Assembly (NCBI GenBank): GCA_012862495.1
Contig: BLSG01000149.1
Coordinates: 96,561-149,056 of the forward strand
DNA: 52,496 nucleotides
Source: Thraustochytrium aureum
Taxonomy: Eukaryota
Direction: 5' to 3'
The position numbers and the translations under genes were made by a program. Positions 1 through 9,145 of this stretch are shown piece after piece. Each line of letters starts with the position of its first letter. Positions within the stretch are counted from its first letter, which is position 1. The notes under the pieces are model-generated. The model did not search any database. It was not told the DNA's origin and saw nothing but the letters and a program-made list of their open reading frames with translations.

Positions 1-66
1 GCACGTTCTCCTTGACCTACCTATCCTAGCCCGACTCGCATCTCGCTTGTTGATTTCGTTTTCAGG

Positions 67-1104
67 ATGGCTGGGGTTGCCGCCTGTGTCCAAGACCAGC
101 AAATGTGTAGTTCCCAATCTCAGACAAACAAACACAACACAGCTGCCCACGTACCGGTACAGACGAAAGCGAGAATGGCGCTCCAGCACAACGCAAGCGT
201 AGTGGTCAAGGACTGGGATTACGCGGGAAACGGACCTGGCGCGTGGGCACGGCTCAACCCGGACTGGGCGGTCGCAGCCCACGGGCGCCAGCAGTCGCCG
301 ATCGACTTGCCATGCAAGCGCCTCCCAGAGCATGGTAACAGCGACAATAAAGCGGAAGATGAAGGAAGAGGGCCCGAGCAAGATGGGAGCGATAGCGATT
401 CCGGGGTAAGTGCCACGTCGGCCAACGATCAACTCCGTCTCCAGATCACCTCGCTGCCAGCCCCGGCAACCTCAGTAAACACCGGACAGACCATCATGGT
501 TGAAAGCCCCGGCGCAAGCATGGTGAGCCTCGCGGGTCGCAAGTACCGCCTCCTCCAGTTCCACTTCCATGGCCCCTCCGAGCACACCTTTGACGGGGTC
601 CGTCACAAGCTCGAGCTCCACCTCGTTCACACGGCACTGGAAGGCCAAGGGCCAGGCCCCGCCCTTGCGGTTATTGGTGTCCTCTTTGAGATCGGCGAGC
701 CAAGCGAGTTTCTCCAGTACGCTTTTAGCGCGGTCCCAACCAAGCCTGGTGCGGTCGTCGCCCTCCCAGGCCTCATGCGGGTCGACCAGCTCAACTTGAG
801 CGGGCCGATCTTTCACTACGCTGGATCTCTTACCACGCCCCCGTGCTCGGAGGGCGTTGCCTGGTGCGTATTGCGCAAAACGCAGACGCTCTCGCGAAAG
901 CAGCTCGAAGCTTACAAGGCCGTCGTGCCGTTCGACAACTATCGTCCGGTTCAGCCGCTGAACGGCCGCACAGTCCACACATGCTCGTGCGATCAGGTCT
1001 CAAAGCCAAACCAAAGCCGCCCTTCCCAGGACAAGAGCCAGGCATCGCGCACCAAGCCGGCGACGCGGCGCCGTGTGCTCCCTAAGCAGCCGCTGAGCAT
1101 GTAG
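67..1104 (+). CDS. alpha-class carbonic anhydrase
   Basis: Motifs WDY..GP..W, QSPIDL, QFHFH..SEH, ELHLVH (three Zn-binding His), YAGSLTTPPCSEGVAW and NYRPVQPLNGR. The true start may be the ATG at 175. Confidence 0.95.
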   Translation: MAGVAACVQDQQMCSSQSQTNKHNTAAHVPVQTKARMALQHNASVVVKDWDYAGNGPGAWARLNPDWAVAAHGRQQSPIDLPCKRLPEHGNSDNKAEDEGRGPEQDGSDSDSGVSATSANDQLRLQITSLPAPATSVNTGQTIMVESPGASMVSLAGRKYRLLQFHFHGPSEHTFDGVRHKLELHLVHTALEGQGPGPALAVIGVLFEIGEPSEFLQYAFSAVPTKPGAVVALPGLMRVDQLNLSGPIFHYAGSLTTPPCSEGVAWCVLRKTQTLSRKQLEAYKAVVPFDNYRPVQPLNGRTVHTCSCDQVSKPNQSRPSQDKSQASRTKPATRRRVLPKQPLSM

Positions 1105-1422
1105 CTTTGTGCGGGCATCTGCCATTACGCGGTCGTCCCCGCGGAAGGGCGCGCCACTTGTTCATACACCATCTTCCTCCTCTTTCTCAACGATGAGCGC
1201 CGCCGAGCGCTCTGCAGCGGCCCGACAAACCTACTTCGCTAGCTGTGTCACGCTGCATCAATTAAATCAAAGCTCAGTCCAGTACAGTCATCCGCTCGAA
1301 CGATGTCTCTCGCGTGGCAGCGCCGCGCGCAACTCGTACTCGTCTTCGCCGCGCTGGCAGAGCGGACTTGTGGGCCGAGAGAAAGTGTGCGGTAAGGATC
1401 CAGCCAGCACCGTCCGAGCTGC

Positions 1423-1467
1423 GCCAGAGTGTCCGAGTACGCCAGAGTGTCCAAGTACGCCAGAGTG
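1423..1467. repeat. 18-bp tandem repeat (gccagagtgtccRagtac) x2.5
   Basis: Read directly from the sequence. Confidence 0.85.
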
Positions 1468-1769
1468 GCGGCGCCGACATGTGCGCATGCGGCTTCGTGC
1501 CAGCAGAACGTCCAACTCCATAAGCGCATGCGAGGAGGGACCGAGCGGGTGCTCCAACGGTCATAAGACCTACTGGCAGTCTCCGAGTTGTTCTGGGCCA
1601 GTGGCGCAAGTCTCCAGGCCTCCTTCCTCTCGTGCCTGTCGTCAGCCGACACGCAGAGCCAGCAGCAGAGCTACCAGCCAGCCAGCCAGCCTGCCAGCCA
1701 GGCGCGGCGACTGGCGCGCACTTGAGGCAGAGGAACGGCGCGGGGTCGCGCTACCTAGACGCAGCATAC

Positions 1770-2645
1770 ATGTACACCACCAGTAGCGCAAGCGCCTATG
1801 GCGGGGCGCAGCGCGAGCAAGCCATGCCATACGGCGCTGGTGCAGGAAACGGTGCGCCAGAGCGAATGCCGTTCGATGATGTCTACGGCAACAAGTTCAA
1901 CGGGTACGACACCAAGTCTAGCCTGACAGCGTCCAACTTTGGCGGCGACCCTCGCGTGGAGCAGCATCGGCACCAAACGAGCGCGAGAGGGTACAACTCG
2001 CCCCTCTCCGCTGCAGGCGGCTCGATCGGAGGCGGCTTTGCTGGCAATTCAACACGGTCACAGCTAACGTCGGCCAACTTTGGCGGAGCCGCTGCTGGCG
2101 GGATGTCGCAACAAGGCAGCGCTCCTGGCTACGGTCGCTTCGCAGGCCAGAGCACAAGGTCCAGCATCTCTGTCGCCAACTTTGGCGGGGATCCCAACGC
2201 CGGGTTCTTGGGAGCTCCAGCCGCAAGACAGCCTCTCGGCGCCCCGTACGCACAGAGCCCTCTACAAAGTGCAAGGAGTCCGCAGATGGGGCAGACAGCG
2301 CTTGGGCCGAGCCAGCCTTCCGGCCTGTCCTATCAGCAGAGCGGCCACCAAAGCCCACTGCAGCAGCACCTGCTGCACGACCAGCACGACCAGCATGGCG
2401 TGGGGGCAATGCAGAACCAGTTTGGTGTGGCCCAGCTGGGCCCTGCAGCGTCGCTCATGAGCAGCGGCGGCATCTCGCCGGCGCGGGCGGACCCCGCGCT
2501 GTCAACCGTTTCGCCAGAGCAGGTGGATCGCATGATCCGCGAGATCGCGGAGCTGCGCGTGCGCAACCAAGAGCTCGAGAGCTACGTGCTCCACCTCGAG
2601 CGCAAACTTTCGTTCGCACAGAGCGCCGGGGGCGGCGGTGGGTGA
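1770..2645 (+). CDS. Gly/Ser/Gln-rich low-complexity protein with three ..S..xNFGG repeats and a C-terminal coiled coil, function unknown
   Basis: First ATG of ORF 1632-2645 is at 1770. The peptide repeat is conserved at protein level, and VDRMIREIAELRVRNQELESYVLHLERKL shows a heptad pattern. Upstream exons are possible. Confidence 0.7.
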   Translation: MYTTSSASAYGGAQREQAMPYGAGAGNGAPERMPFDDVYGNKFNGYDTKSSLTASNFGGDPRVEQHRHQTSARGYNSPLSAAGGSIGGGFAGNSTRSQLTSANFGGAAAGGMSQQGSAPGYGRFAGQSTRSSISVANFGGDPNAGFLGAPAARQPLGAPYAQSPLQSARSPQMGQTALGPSQPSGLSYQQSGHQSPLQQHLLHDQHDQHGVGAMQNQFGVAQLGPAASLMSSGGISPARADPALSTVSPEQVDRMIREIAELRVRNQELESYVLHLERKLSFAQSAGGGGG

Positions 2646-3205
2646 GCGCACCGCAGCCACCCCGTGTCGAGAAAAGCAGAACAGTAGCTGAACCCCCAAC
2701 AAACCACCCACGCCGACTTGCTCCACGTCCACTTTCCCAGCGCGCTGCCGGTCATCGTGCTGACGCCAGCCTGGCCTGGAAAAGCAACCCGAGAAGAGCT
2801 CGGTCTCGCTCGAGGGGCCTCAAAGAGCGAGCCTGCATCTCTCTAGAGCTAGCGTGGCGTCTTGGCGCAGTGGAGCACCGGCGCCCAGGACATCGAGCGT
2901 CCTGGACCCGAGGGGCCGCCCTTCCACGATCATCAGAGCCCCTGTGAATATGGACACGGAGTCCTCTGCCGGTGCTGGCCAGAACAGAGCGGTACGAGAA
3001 CGGCCGTGGCGAGTTGGTACCAAATGGTCTTCCGCTCGAGTGCATGAACGTTCTCGCCGGTAGAGCACTCAAAAGCTCAAAACCGGTCTTCTACCTGTCG
3101 CGGCAGAGCCCCAGCCCGTGGAGAGCGCCAGCCGAGCAGAGCGGACACGGCTCTCGCGAGGTCGGGCGGGCGGGCGGGCAGCAGCAGGCCGGCCGGCCGG
3201 CCGGA

Positions 3206-3240
<35 letters not shown>

Positions 3241-3242
3241 CT
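3206..3242. repeat. (GGCA)n microsatellite upstream of the polycystin gene
   Basis: Read directly from the sequence. Confidence 0.9.
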
Positions 3243-3305
3243 GCAACGGAGGCGGCTAGGGGGGATCTGCCGGTCTCTTCGTTCGGTTGGGGTCCGCCTG
3301 GGGCG

Positions 3306-6266
3306 ATGGCGCAGCACGGGCGGTCTGCGCTCGATGAGCTCGAGGCAAGAGTCGAGGGCGATACCGCGGTAGGGCAAACTCGCGAAGAGCTTGCTAGGGT
3401 CCAAGAGCAGATCCGCGCGGCGAGGGCTGAGCTCCTCTTTCGCACGGATGAACTCAGCGAGCTGCAGCGGACGAAGGACGCGCAGCTGGCGATGATGAAC
3501 AGCGCTGCACCAATGCATTCAACTGAAAAGGCCAAGGAAGCACGGCTGGCGGTGGTGAATAGCGCGACTGAAAGCGAGGCGGTCGCAGGCACGGTGCGAG
3601 AGCCGACCGCTGGCGTTGACGCCCAACGGGCGCTCGAGGCTGACCAGCTTGAAGCGCAGGTCACAGCTCGCCTCCGGCAGTTTCTCGAAGAGCAGCTGAT
3701 CCCGGCCTGCAAACAGAGCGCAGCTGCGGGGGCAGCAGTCTCGCTGGCGGACGCCGGCGAAGATTTTTTCCAGGTGGACGTGCACGCTGACAAGCAGGTC
3801 TGCTCCCTCAAAGTGAGCTCGGCGTGCACGTTTCGCGAGCTACTCATGCACGCCGGAACGTACTGGCACATTGACCGCAAGACCTTGCAGCGCCTCGTGC
3901 TGGTCGACCACGAAGGTGTCGCGTTTCTGAGCCACATGAAAGTCAAGCAAACAATGCTGCAATTCTCTGGGACGCGGGGCCGCATCGTCCTACGCCATCG
4001 CCCCGTTATCTCGCCAGACTTGTTCAAGCTCTTCAATCCGGCCAAGGTGGCCGAGCGCGTTGCTCGAGCACAAAAAATTCGTGAAAAAATCGCGCGGGAA
4101 AGCATGACCGTGGCTGGGCAGCTCGGCGATGCTCCGGGCAGCGACGCGTTGGAGACCCAAGCCGACCAAGAACTGGCCGACGACGGCTACGAGGGGATCG
4201 ACGGTGAGGGCCTCGAACTGGTCCAAGTTGGTGGCAGAGCTGGCCGTGGCACTTCCGACGAGGCAAGCACTGGGGCCAGAGACCTTGAGAACGGACCGGC
4301 TAGCCCGCGCGCCCCCCTCTCGGCGATCGCAGAGGTGGCGCAGCCGCAGACCAACGCGGCTGGCCTTCGCGACGAAGCCTCGAGCGGGTCAAGCACGGGA
4401 TTCAGCACAACAGACATTGACGACCTCATTGAAGAGGCTTTTGAGGAGGCATACGAGGCGGAGACCGAGGGCAAGGATGCGCAGGCCACCGACCTCGTGC
4501 GAAGCCAGTACACCTACTTCCTGGTCCTGGACTGCGTTGTGTTTGCTCCGGTGCTTGTCGCGTTTGTGGTGGCCGCTCTCGTCGGGTTGCGGTCCGACCT
4601 GTTTTTCGCAGATATCCAGGAGGCGCAGGTGCAGTTCAGAGACATTTTTGAGCGGTTCCAGCCCGCTACCGCCTTCGACGTGGTTGTTAACCAAAACCTG
4701 ACGGGGAGCGGGGTGAACTTGACCAACCTTGTCGGCGCAAACGATTTGGTCTCCTTTCCGCTCATCTCGAACGACCTGCGCCTGTACTCGTTCCTGGGGA
4801 CGACTCTTCCAGCACTGCTATTCAATGAAAGAACATGCCGTGACGGCGAGGAGATCGACGCTTGCGTCTTGAGCCAGTACAACGCCATTTCGAGCCAAGT
4901 AAGGCTTCGACAGCTGCGCGTGGACGGAACAGAGACCACATTCGCCGGCACCGACGGCTTGCGCTTTGGTCCGTACTCGGCCTCGAGGCGGGCAGAGACT
5001 TGGGCCGCCGGGCCGCTCTCGGCCGAGGCGGCGGCTCGCACGAGAGGCGACCCCTTCGCGTTTGTCGCAAGTAGCGATACCGGGCCGGGCGACTGGCGAT
5101 CCACGCGCGCCATCACCGCTCTGCAGGACCTTGACATCCTCGCGTTCTACGACCCTTCAGGATTCAACCTGCTTTCGTTGGAGCCCGAGGAGTTTGACCC
5201 AGCGAATCGCACACTCCCTCTTGTGATCAACGCGCTACGAGCAGAGTCCTGGCTTGGCGAGGGCACTCGTGCGGTGGTGGTCGACTTTACGACAATCAAC
5301 ATCAACACGGGCATGTCGCTGATCCACACAATCATCGCGCAAAAGTTGCAAGAAGGCTCATACGCGCCCGTGTACCTCTTGGGGATAGTGCCGCCCACCG
5401 TGTTTCTGGGCTTTGGCAGCAGCGCGCAAGGCCTCGCGTGGGGCATCACATTTGGAATCTGCATTCTTTACATCGTCGCTGCGTATGCTCTTCTGCTTTG
5501 GAAGCAACGTGACGCGCTCGACTATGAACGAGCGGGCTCCAAAGCGAGCCCGCCTGGGCGCATGTCGAGTTTCCGCAAGTGCCTGTGCACCTTTAATCCC
5601 CGCGTGCTGAGCTGGTGGTCTGTTCTGGACTTGATGGTGGTCGTTCTCGGGCTGAGCTTGTTCGCGATGGAGGTTGCAGTGATGTTCCTCCCAGCCTCAG
5701 AGCGCGCGCGCAGCATGTTCGCCGAGTCGTTTGCCTCGTTTTACAACCTGAGCCCCTTGGCAGCGATTACACGGGCGCAACAGGACTTGCTTGCGCTGGC
5801 GTTGGCCGTGGCTTTGGTTCGGCTGTGTCGGCTTTTGCTTCTGGCGCCAAGCGGCGAGGTCCTCGCGAACGCGTTCGTGATTTCCCTTGCGCGGGCGCTG
5901 CGCGTGATCCTGCTTCTCTACGTGCCTCTCTGGTTGGCGATTTCTGTTGCAGCGTACGTGCGCTTCGCGCCAGCATCCATGGCGTTTAGCGAGTTTGGCG
6001 GGGTCTTGATCTCCATCACGCGGCTCGGGATGGGGTATCCTTTGACGAAGGTTTTGTCGGAGGCGGTGTGGCCGGTCTTGATCGGGTTGGCGGTGCTCTT
6101 TTCCATCACCTACTTTGCCTCAATGCTGCTGTATCTTGTCCTCATTGACGCGTACTCGTTCGCAGCGCGCGCGCCGGCGATGACGACCACCAGGTCGGTC
6201 GGCCAGTGGTTCGAGGTCGTGCGCTCGCTTCCGCAGGGGGCCCCGGCGTACCGCAAGTCGACATGA
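3306..6266 (+). CDS. polycystin-2/TRPP-like cation channel
   Basis: 986-aa ORF. S1 is followed by a large extracellular TOP-like loop containing VRLRQLRV and WLGEGTRAVVVDFT..N.N (PKD2-type W.D..TRAVF.DF..YN.N), then five further hydrophobic segments with a pore-like loop. Confidence 0.85.
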   Translation: MAQHGRSALDELEARVEGDTAVGQTREELARVQEQIRAARAELLFRTDELSELQRTKDAQLAMMNSAAPMHSTEKAKEARLAVVNSATESEAVAGTVREPTAGVDAQRALEADQLEAQVTARLRQFLEEQLIPACKQSAAAGAAVSLADAGEDFFQVDVHADKQVCSLKVSSACTFRELLMHAGTYWHIDRKTLQRLVLVDHEGVAFLSHMKVKQTMLQFSGTRGRIVLRHRPVISPDLFKLFNPAKVAERVARAQKIREKIARESMTVAGQLGDAPGSDALETQADQELADDGYEGIDGEGLELVQVGGRAGRGTSDEASTGARDLENGPASPRAPLSAIAEVAQPQTNAAGLRDEASSGSSTGFSTTDIDDLIEEAFEEAYEAETEGKDAQATDLVRSQYTYFLVLDCVVFAPVLVAFVVAALVGLRSDLFFADIQEAQVQFRDIFERFQPATAFDVVVNQNLTGSGVNLTNLVGANDLVSFPLISNDLRLYSFLGTTLPALLFNERTCRDGEEIDACVLSQYNAISSQVRLRQLRVDGTETTFAGTDGLRFGPYSASRRAETWAAGPLSAEAAARTRGDPFAFVASSDTGPGDWRSTRAITALQDLDILAFYDPSGFNLLSLEPEEFDPANRTLPLVINALRAESWLGEGTRAVVVDFTTININTGMSLIHTIIAQKLQEGSYAPVYLLGIVPPTVFLGFGSSAQGLAWGITFGICILYIVAAYALLLWKQRDALDYERAGSKASPPGRMSSFRKCLCTFNPRVLSWWSVLDLMVVVLGLSLFAMEVAVMFLPASERARSMFAESFASFYNLSPLAAITRAQQDLLALALAVALVRLCRLLLLAPSGEVLANAFVISLARALRVILLLYVPLWLAISVAAYVRFAPASMAFSEFGGVLISITRLGMGYPLTKVLSEAVWPVLIGLAVLFSITYFASMLLYLVLIDAYSFAARAPAMTTTRSVGQWFEVVRSLPQGAPAYRKST

Positions 6267-6465
6267 GCGATGAAGCGCTCTGTGTGGGGCGTGCGGGCGC
6301 AGCGACGTTTCTGCGGGCGCATTGGCCAAATACTTTGCGCTCGCACGGGTGTTCTGTCTTTTTTAATTAAAAGTGATGCATTGTAGAGATCTGGCGAGCG
6401 GGCCAAGTACATAGGTAAAATCATGATTTTGTAACAAAATCCAATTGACAGCACACGCAGCGAGA

Positions 6466-7678
6466 CTACCACTTTTGCTGGAGCGTGTCCTCTAGGCCGC
6501 CTTGGTTTGCGTTTGGGTTGTCGTAGCAAAGCTGCGGCTCTTTTGCCCAAAGTGGCGCTCTGTGCGGATCTTGAGCAGCGCAATGTCCTCGGGTTGGCCC
6601 TCGAGCTGCGGAAGCGCGAGGCGCTCCGCCATTCGCGCAGCATACGATTGCTTGACAGCAAAGGCAACGGGGCCTCCGACGGCGAGGTTCTGGTTCGGCC
6701 ACTGCGGGAACACTCGCTTTCCTCTCGTGTTGAGCACGCCAAAGTCCACCTCCGGGTTGAAGTGGAAGAGCCGCTTGTTATTCTTGTACGCGCGGCCCCA
6801 GGTGTACCCGGGACACATGTGCAGGACTTGCCAGTTGGGGGCATCTCCTCGATAGTCTTTGCGAGCTCGATAGCGAGCTCCGGGTGCAAGATTGCAGAGT
6901 CTTGCATGATGACGCACTTCTCTGTGTTGAGCGCTGCGCACACATTGAGCGCGTGGATCAGGGTGCGCCGCCGCTGCTCTTGGAGGCGCAGGGCGGGGTC
7001 TGTGTTTTGCGGGATGTTGACGACGTGGAGTCCTTGTGTGGCCAGTTGTCTTGCCACCTGCGCGGTGCGAGCGATGATCTCAGGCGTCTGCTTGCTCGGA
7101 TCGGTCATGAGGGTTGGGAGGATCACCAGCTCGCTCCGGGCCACGAAGTGCCCTACTGCCCCGCGCAGCGACTCGCTTGTGCGGGCACCGAGAGCTCCCA
7201 GTGCCGACCCCGCGGCTGAGCTCGACGAGAGCTCCGTGAGGAGCCCAATCGAGACCAGGAACACGACAAACATCATGAGCGCAAGGTCGCGCGGCATCAC
7301 CTGAACGGCAGCTTTCGGTTGTTCACCTTNNNNNNNNNNNNNNNNNNNNNNNNNNNNNNNNNNNNNNNNNNNNNNNNNNNNNNNNNNNNNNNNNNNNNNN
7401 NNNNNNNNNNNNNNNNNNNNNNNNNNNNNNNNNNNNNNNNNNNNNNNNNNNNNNNNNNNNNNNNNNNNNNNNNNNNNNNNNNNNNNNNNNNNNNNNNNNN
7501 NNNNNNNNNNNNNNNNNNNNNNNNNNNNNNNNNNNNNNNNNNNNNNNNNNNNNNNNNNNNNNNNNNNNNNNNNNNNNNNNNNNNNNNNNNNNNNNNNNNN
7601 NNNNNNNNNNNNNNNNNNNNNNNNNNNNNNNNNNNNNNNNNNNNGGTTGTTCACCTTCTCCATGACGTGCCTGTTCAT
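6466..7678 (-). CDS. type II membrane glycosyltransferase-like protein (GT25-like), frameshifted in this assembly
   Basis: N-terminal TM (LALMMFVVFLVSIGLL), then CVIMQDSAIL...EEMPP/NWQVLHMC, GGPVAFAVKQSYAARM and PEDIAL, resembling GT25 ILEDD...LP.DWD.LYL, .Y.IS..GA..L and P.D. Joining needs one extra base at 6837-6841 (G5), probably at 6546-6548 (C3) and about 7303, plus closure of the gap 7330-7644. Both ends are inferred. Confidence 0.6.
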
Positions 7679-8322
7679 CCTGTCGTCGCACCGCAGGCCC
7701 CGCTGGAGCGCGCCCCACATCTGCCTGTCTCCCTGCCTCCCTGCCTGCCTGGCTTGCGTCCTGCACGAGCGTCGCCCTTGCGACTCGCGACTCGAGTCGC
7801 GAGAGCAGTGGCTGGCGTTCGGATGGGTGTCTGTCTGCCATGTCTGCCATGTCTGCTAAGCGCGCGCACGCCAATGCAAGCAAATGCACTCATCAATCTT
7901 GGAGTTGTACACGCGCGCGAGTGGCACACGCCACAATCGCAAATTCATCCGAAAAGGAGGGACAGCAGCTGGTGTGCAAAGGAAGAGGAACGCAAGCTCA
8001 CCCGTAGTGCACAGAGGGAGGAACACGTGCGCACCCTGTAGCGGAGTTTCACTTTTGGTCAGTCATCGAGAAGGAAGGTGAAACTCTTCATTCCAGCATG
8101 GATTCAGCGTGCCACTGGCAGTGCGAGTGGCTGGCTCGATGCTGCCAGCAAGGAGGCTGCCAGAGTGCTTGTGTGGCAAGCTTGTGGCTTCACATGTGAG
8201 TTGAGCATTCACCAGTTCAGGTTGCACATTGCAACAGTCCCGCAACGCCTTTGCTGCACGCACACATCTGCAACGCTCGAAACAGCAAACAGGCACCAAC
8301 GAACAACCGCCAAAAGCACGAG

Positions 8323-8916
8323 ATGTGGGTTCGAGGCGCCCTGGAGGGCGCGCTGGTCGCCGGCGCTCTCGCGACGGGCGGGAGCGGAACGGCGAGCACG
8401 ACCACGGGGGTCTCCAGCTTCGACATTTTTTTGACGTCGACAGACTCGACTGTGAAACTGCAGGGCGATTCGGTCAGCCAAGATTTCAAGGGGGCTGTTG
8501 AGGTATATAAGTTCGACCTGGGCGCGGCATCGCGCGTCTCGGCTAAGAACACGGTAGGCAAGCCGTCGATCGAGCCGATCTGCTTCGCTCACGGGGCTGA
8601 CTCGCCTGCTGCGGCGACGATTTACGAGCTGCTCTTGCTGGGCATGCCCATCAAGGATCTCCACTTCTCGTTCATCAAAGCTGGAGCATCAGGGGGCAAA
8701 TCGGGGAGCGCCTTCTGGCGAGTCGAGTTCACCGATGTCCTCTTCACCAAGGCCGACCTCGTCGCATCCGCGGACGACGGAACCTTCAGACAAGATGTGT
8801 GTTTCAGCCCGATCGCCGTCAAATACTATCGGCCAGAGATCAGCTCGCAGACTGGAGTTCGTCCTCCTTTGACCAACTATGTCGAGTACGACATTTCGAC
8901 GAACACAGTGCACTGA
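8323..8916 (+). CDS. hcp: Hcp/TssD-like (type VI secretion tube) protein with hydrophobic N-terminal leader
   Basis: Colinear Hcp1-type motifs: FDIFL...LQGDS...FKGAVEV..F..G, GKPSIEPICFAHGAD..A..IY...LLG..I, FIKAG, FWRVEFTDVLFTK, RQDVCFS...V and YDISTN. The domain is about 165 aa, the usual Hcp size. ATG 8323 follows an A/C-rich leader. Confidence 0.8.
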   Translation: MWVRGALEGALVAGALATGGSGTASTTTGVSSFDIFLTSTDSTVKLQGDSVSQDFKGAVEVYKFDLGAASRVSAKNTVGKPSIEPICFAHGADSPAAATIYELLLLGMPIKDLHFSFIKAGASGGKSGSAFWRVEFTDVLFTKADLVASADDGTFRQDVCFSPIAVKYYRPEISSQTGVRPPLTNYVEYDISTNTVH

Positions 8917-9145
8917 AGAGTTTTTGTGCATGGTGGCAGGCAGGCGGTTTGCAGAGACGCTCGGTCGAGTATAGCGGGACCTTGCGACTGAGAAAACCAC
9001 GAAACGTCCATTTTGCGCCCATCCATCTTGGCTTTCCTCTCCCTTGATCGAAACCCTGACCGTCGAACGACCCGCTGCCAAATCTACGCACGCAAGTCGC
9101 TCGCAAAGCTGAAGCTTCTGTTCTTCAACCAAAAAAAACCAAAAA

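Noticed and set aside
1109..1786. 225-aa ORF or upstream exons of the 1770 gene
   Set aside because: No domain is recognisable and it includes a translated 18-bp repeat. A gtaagg donor at 1392 exists, but I could not build a convincing in-frame model.
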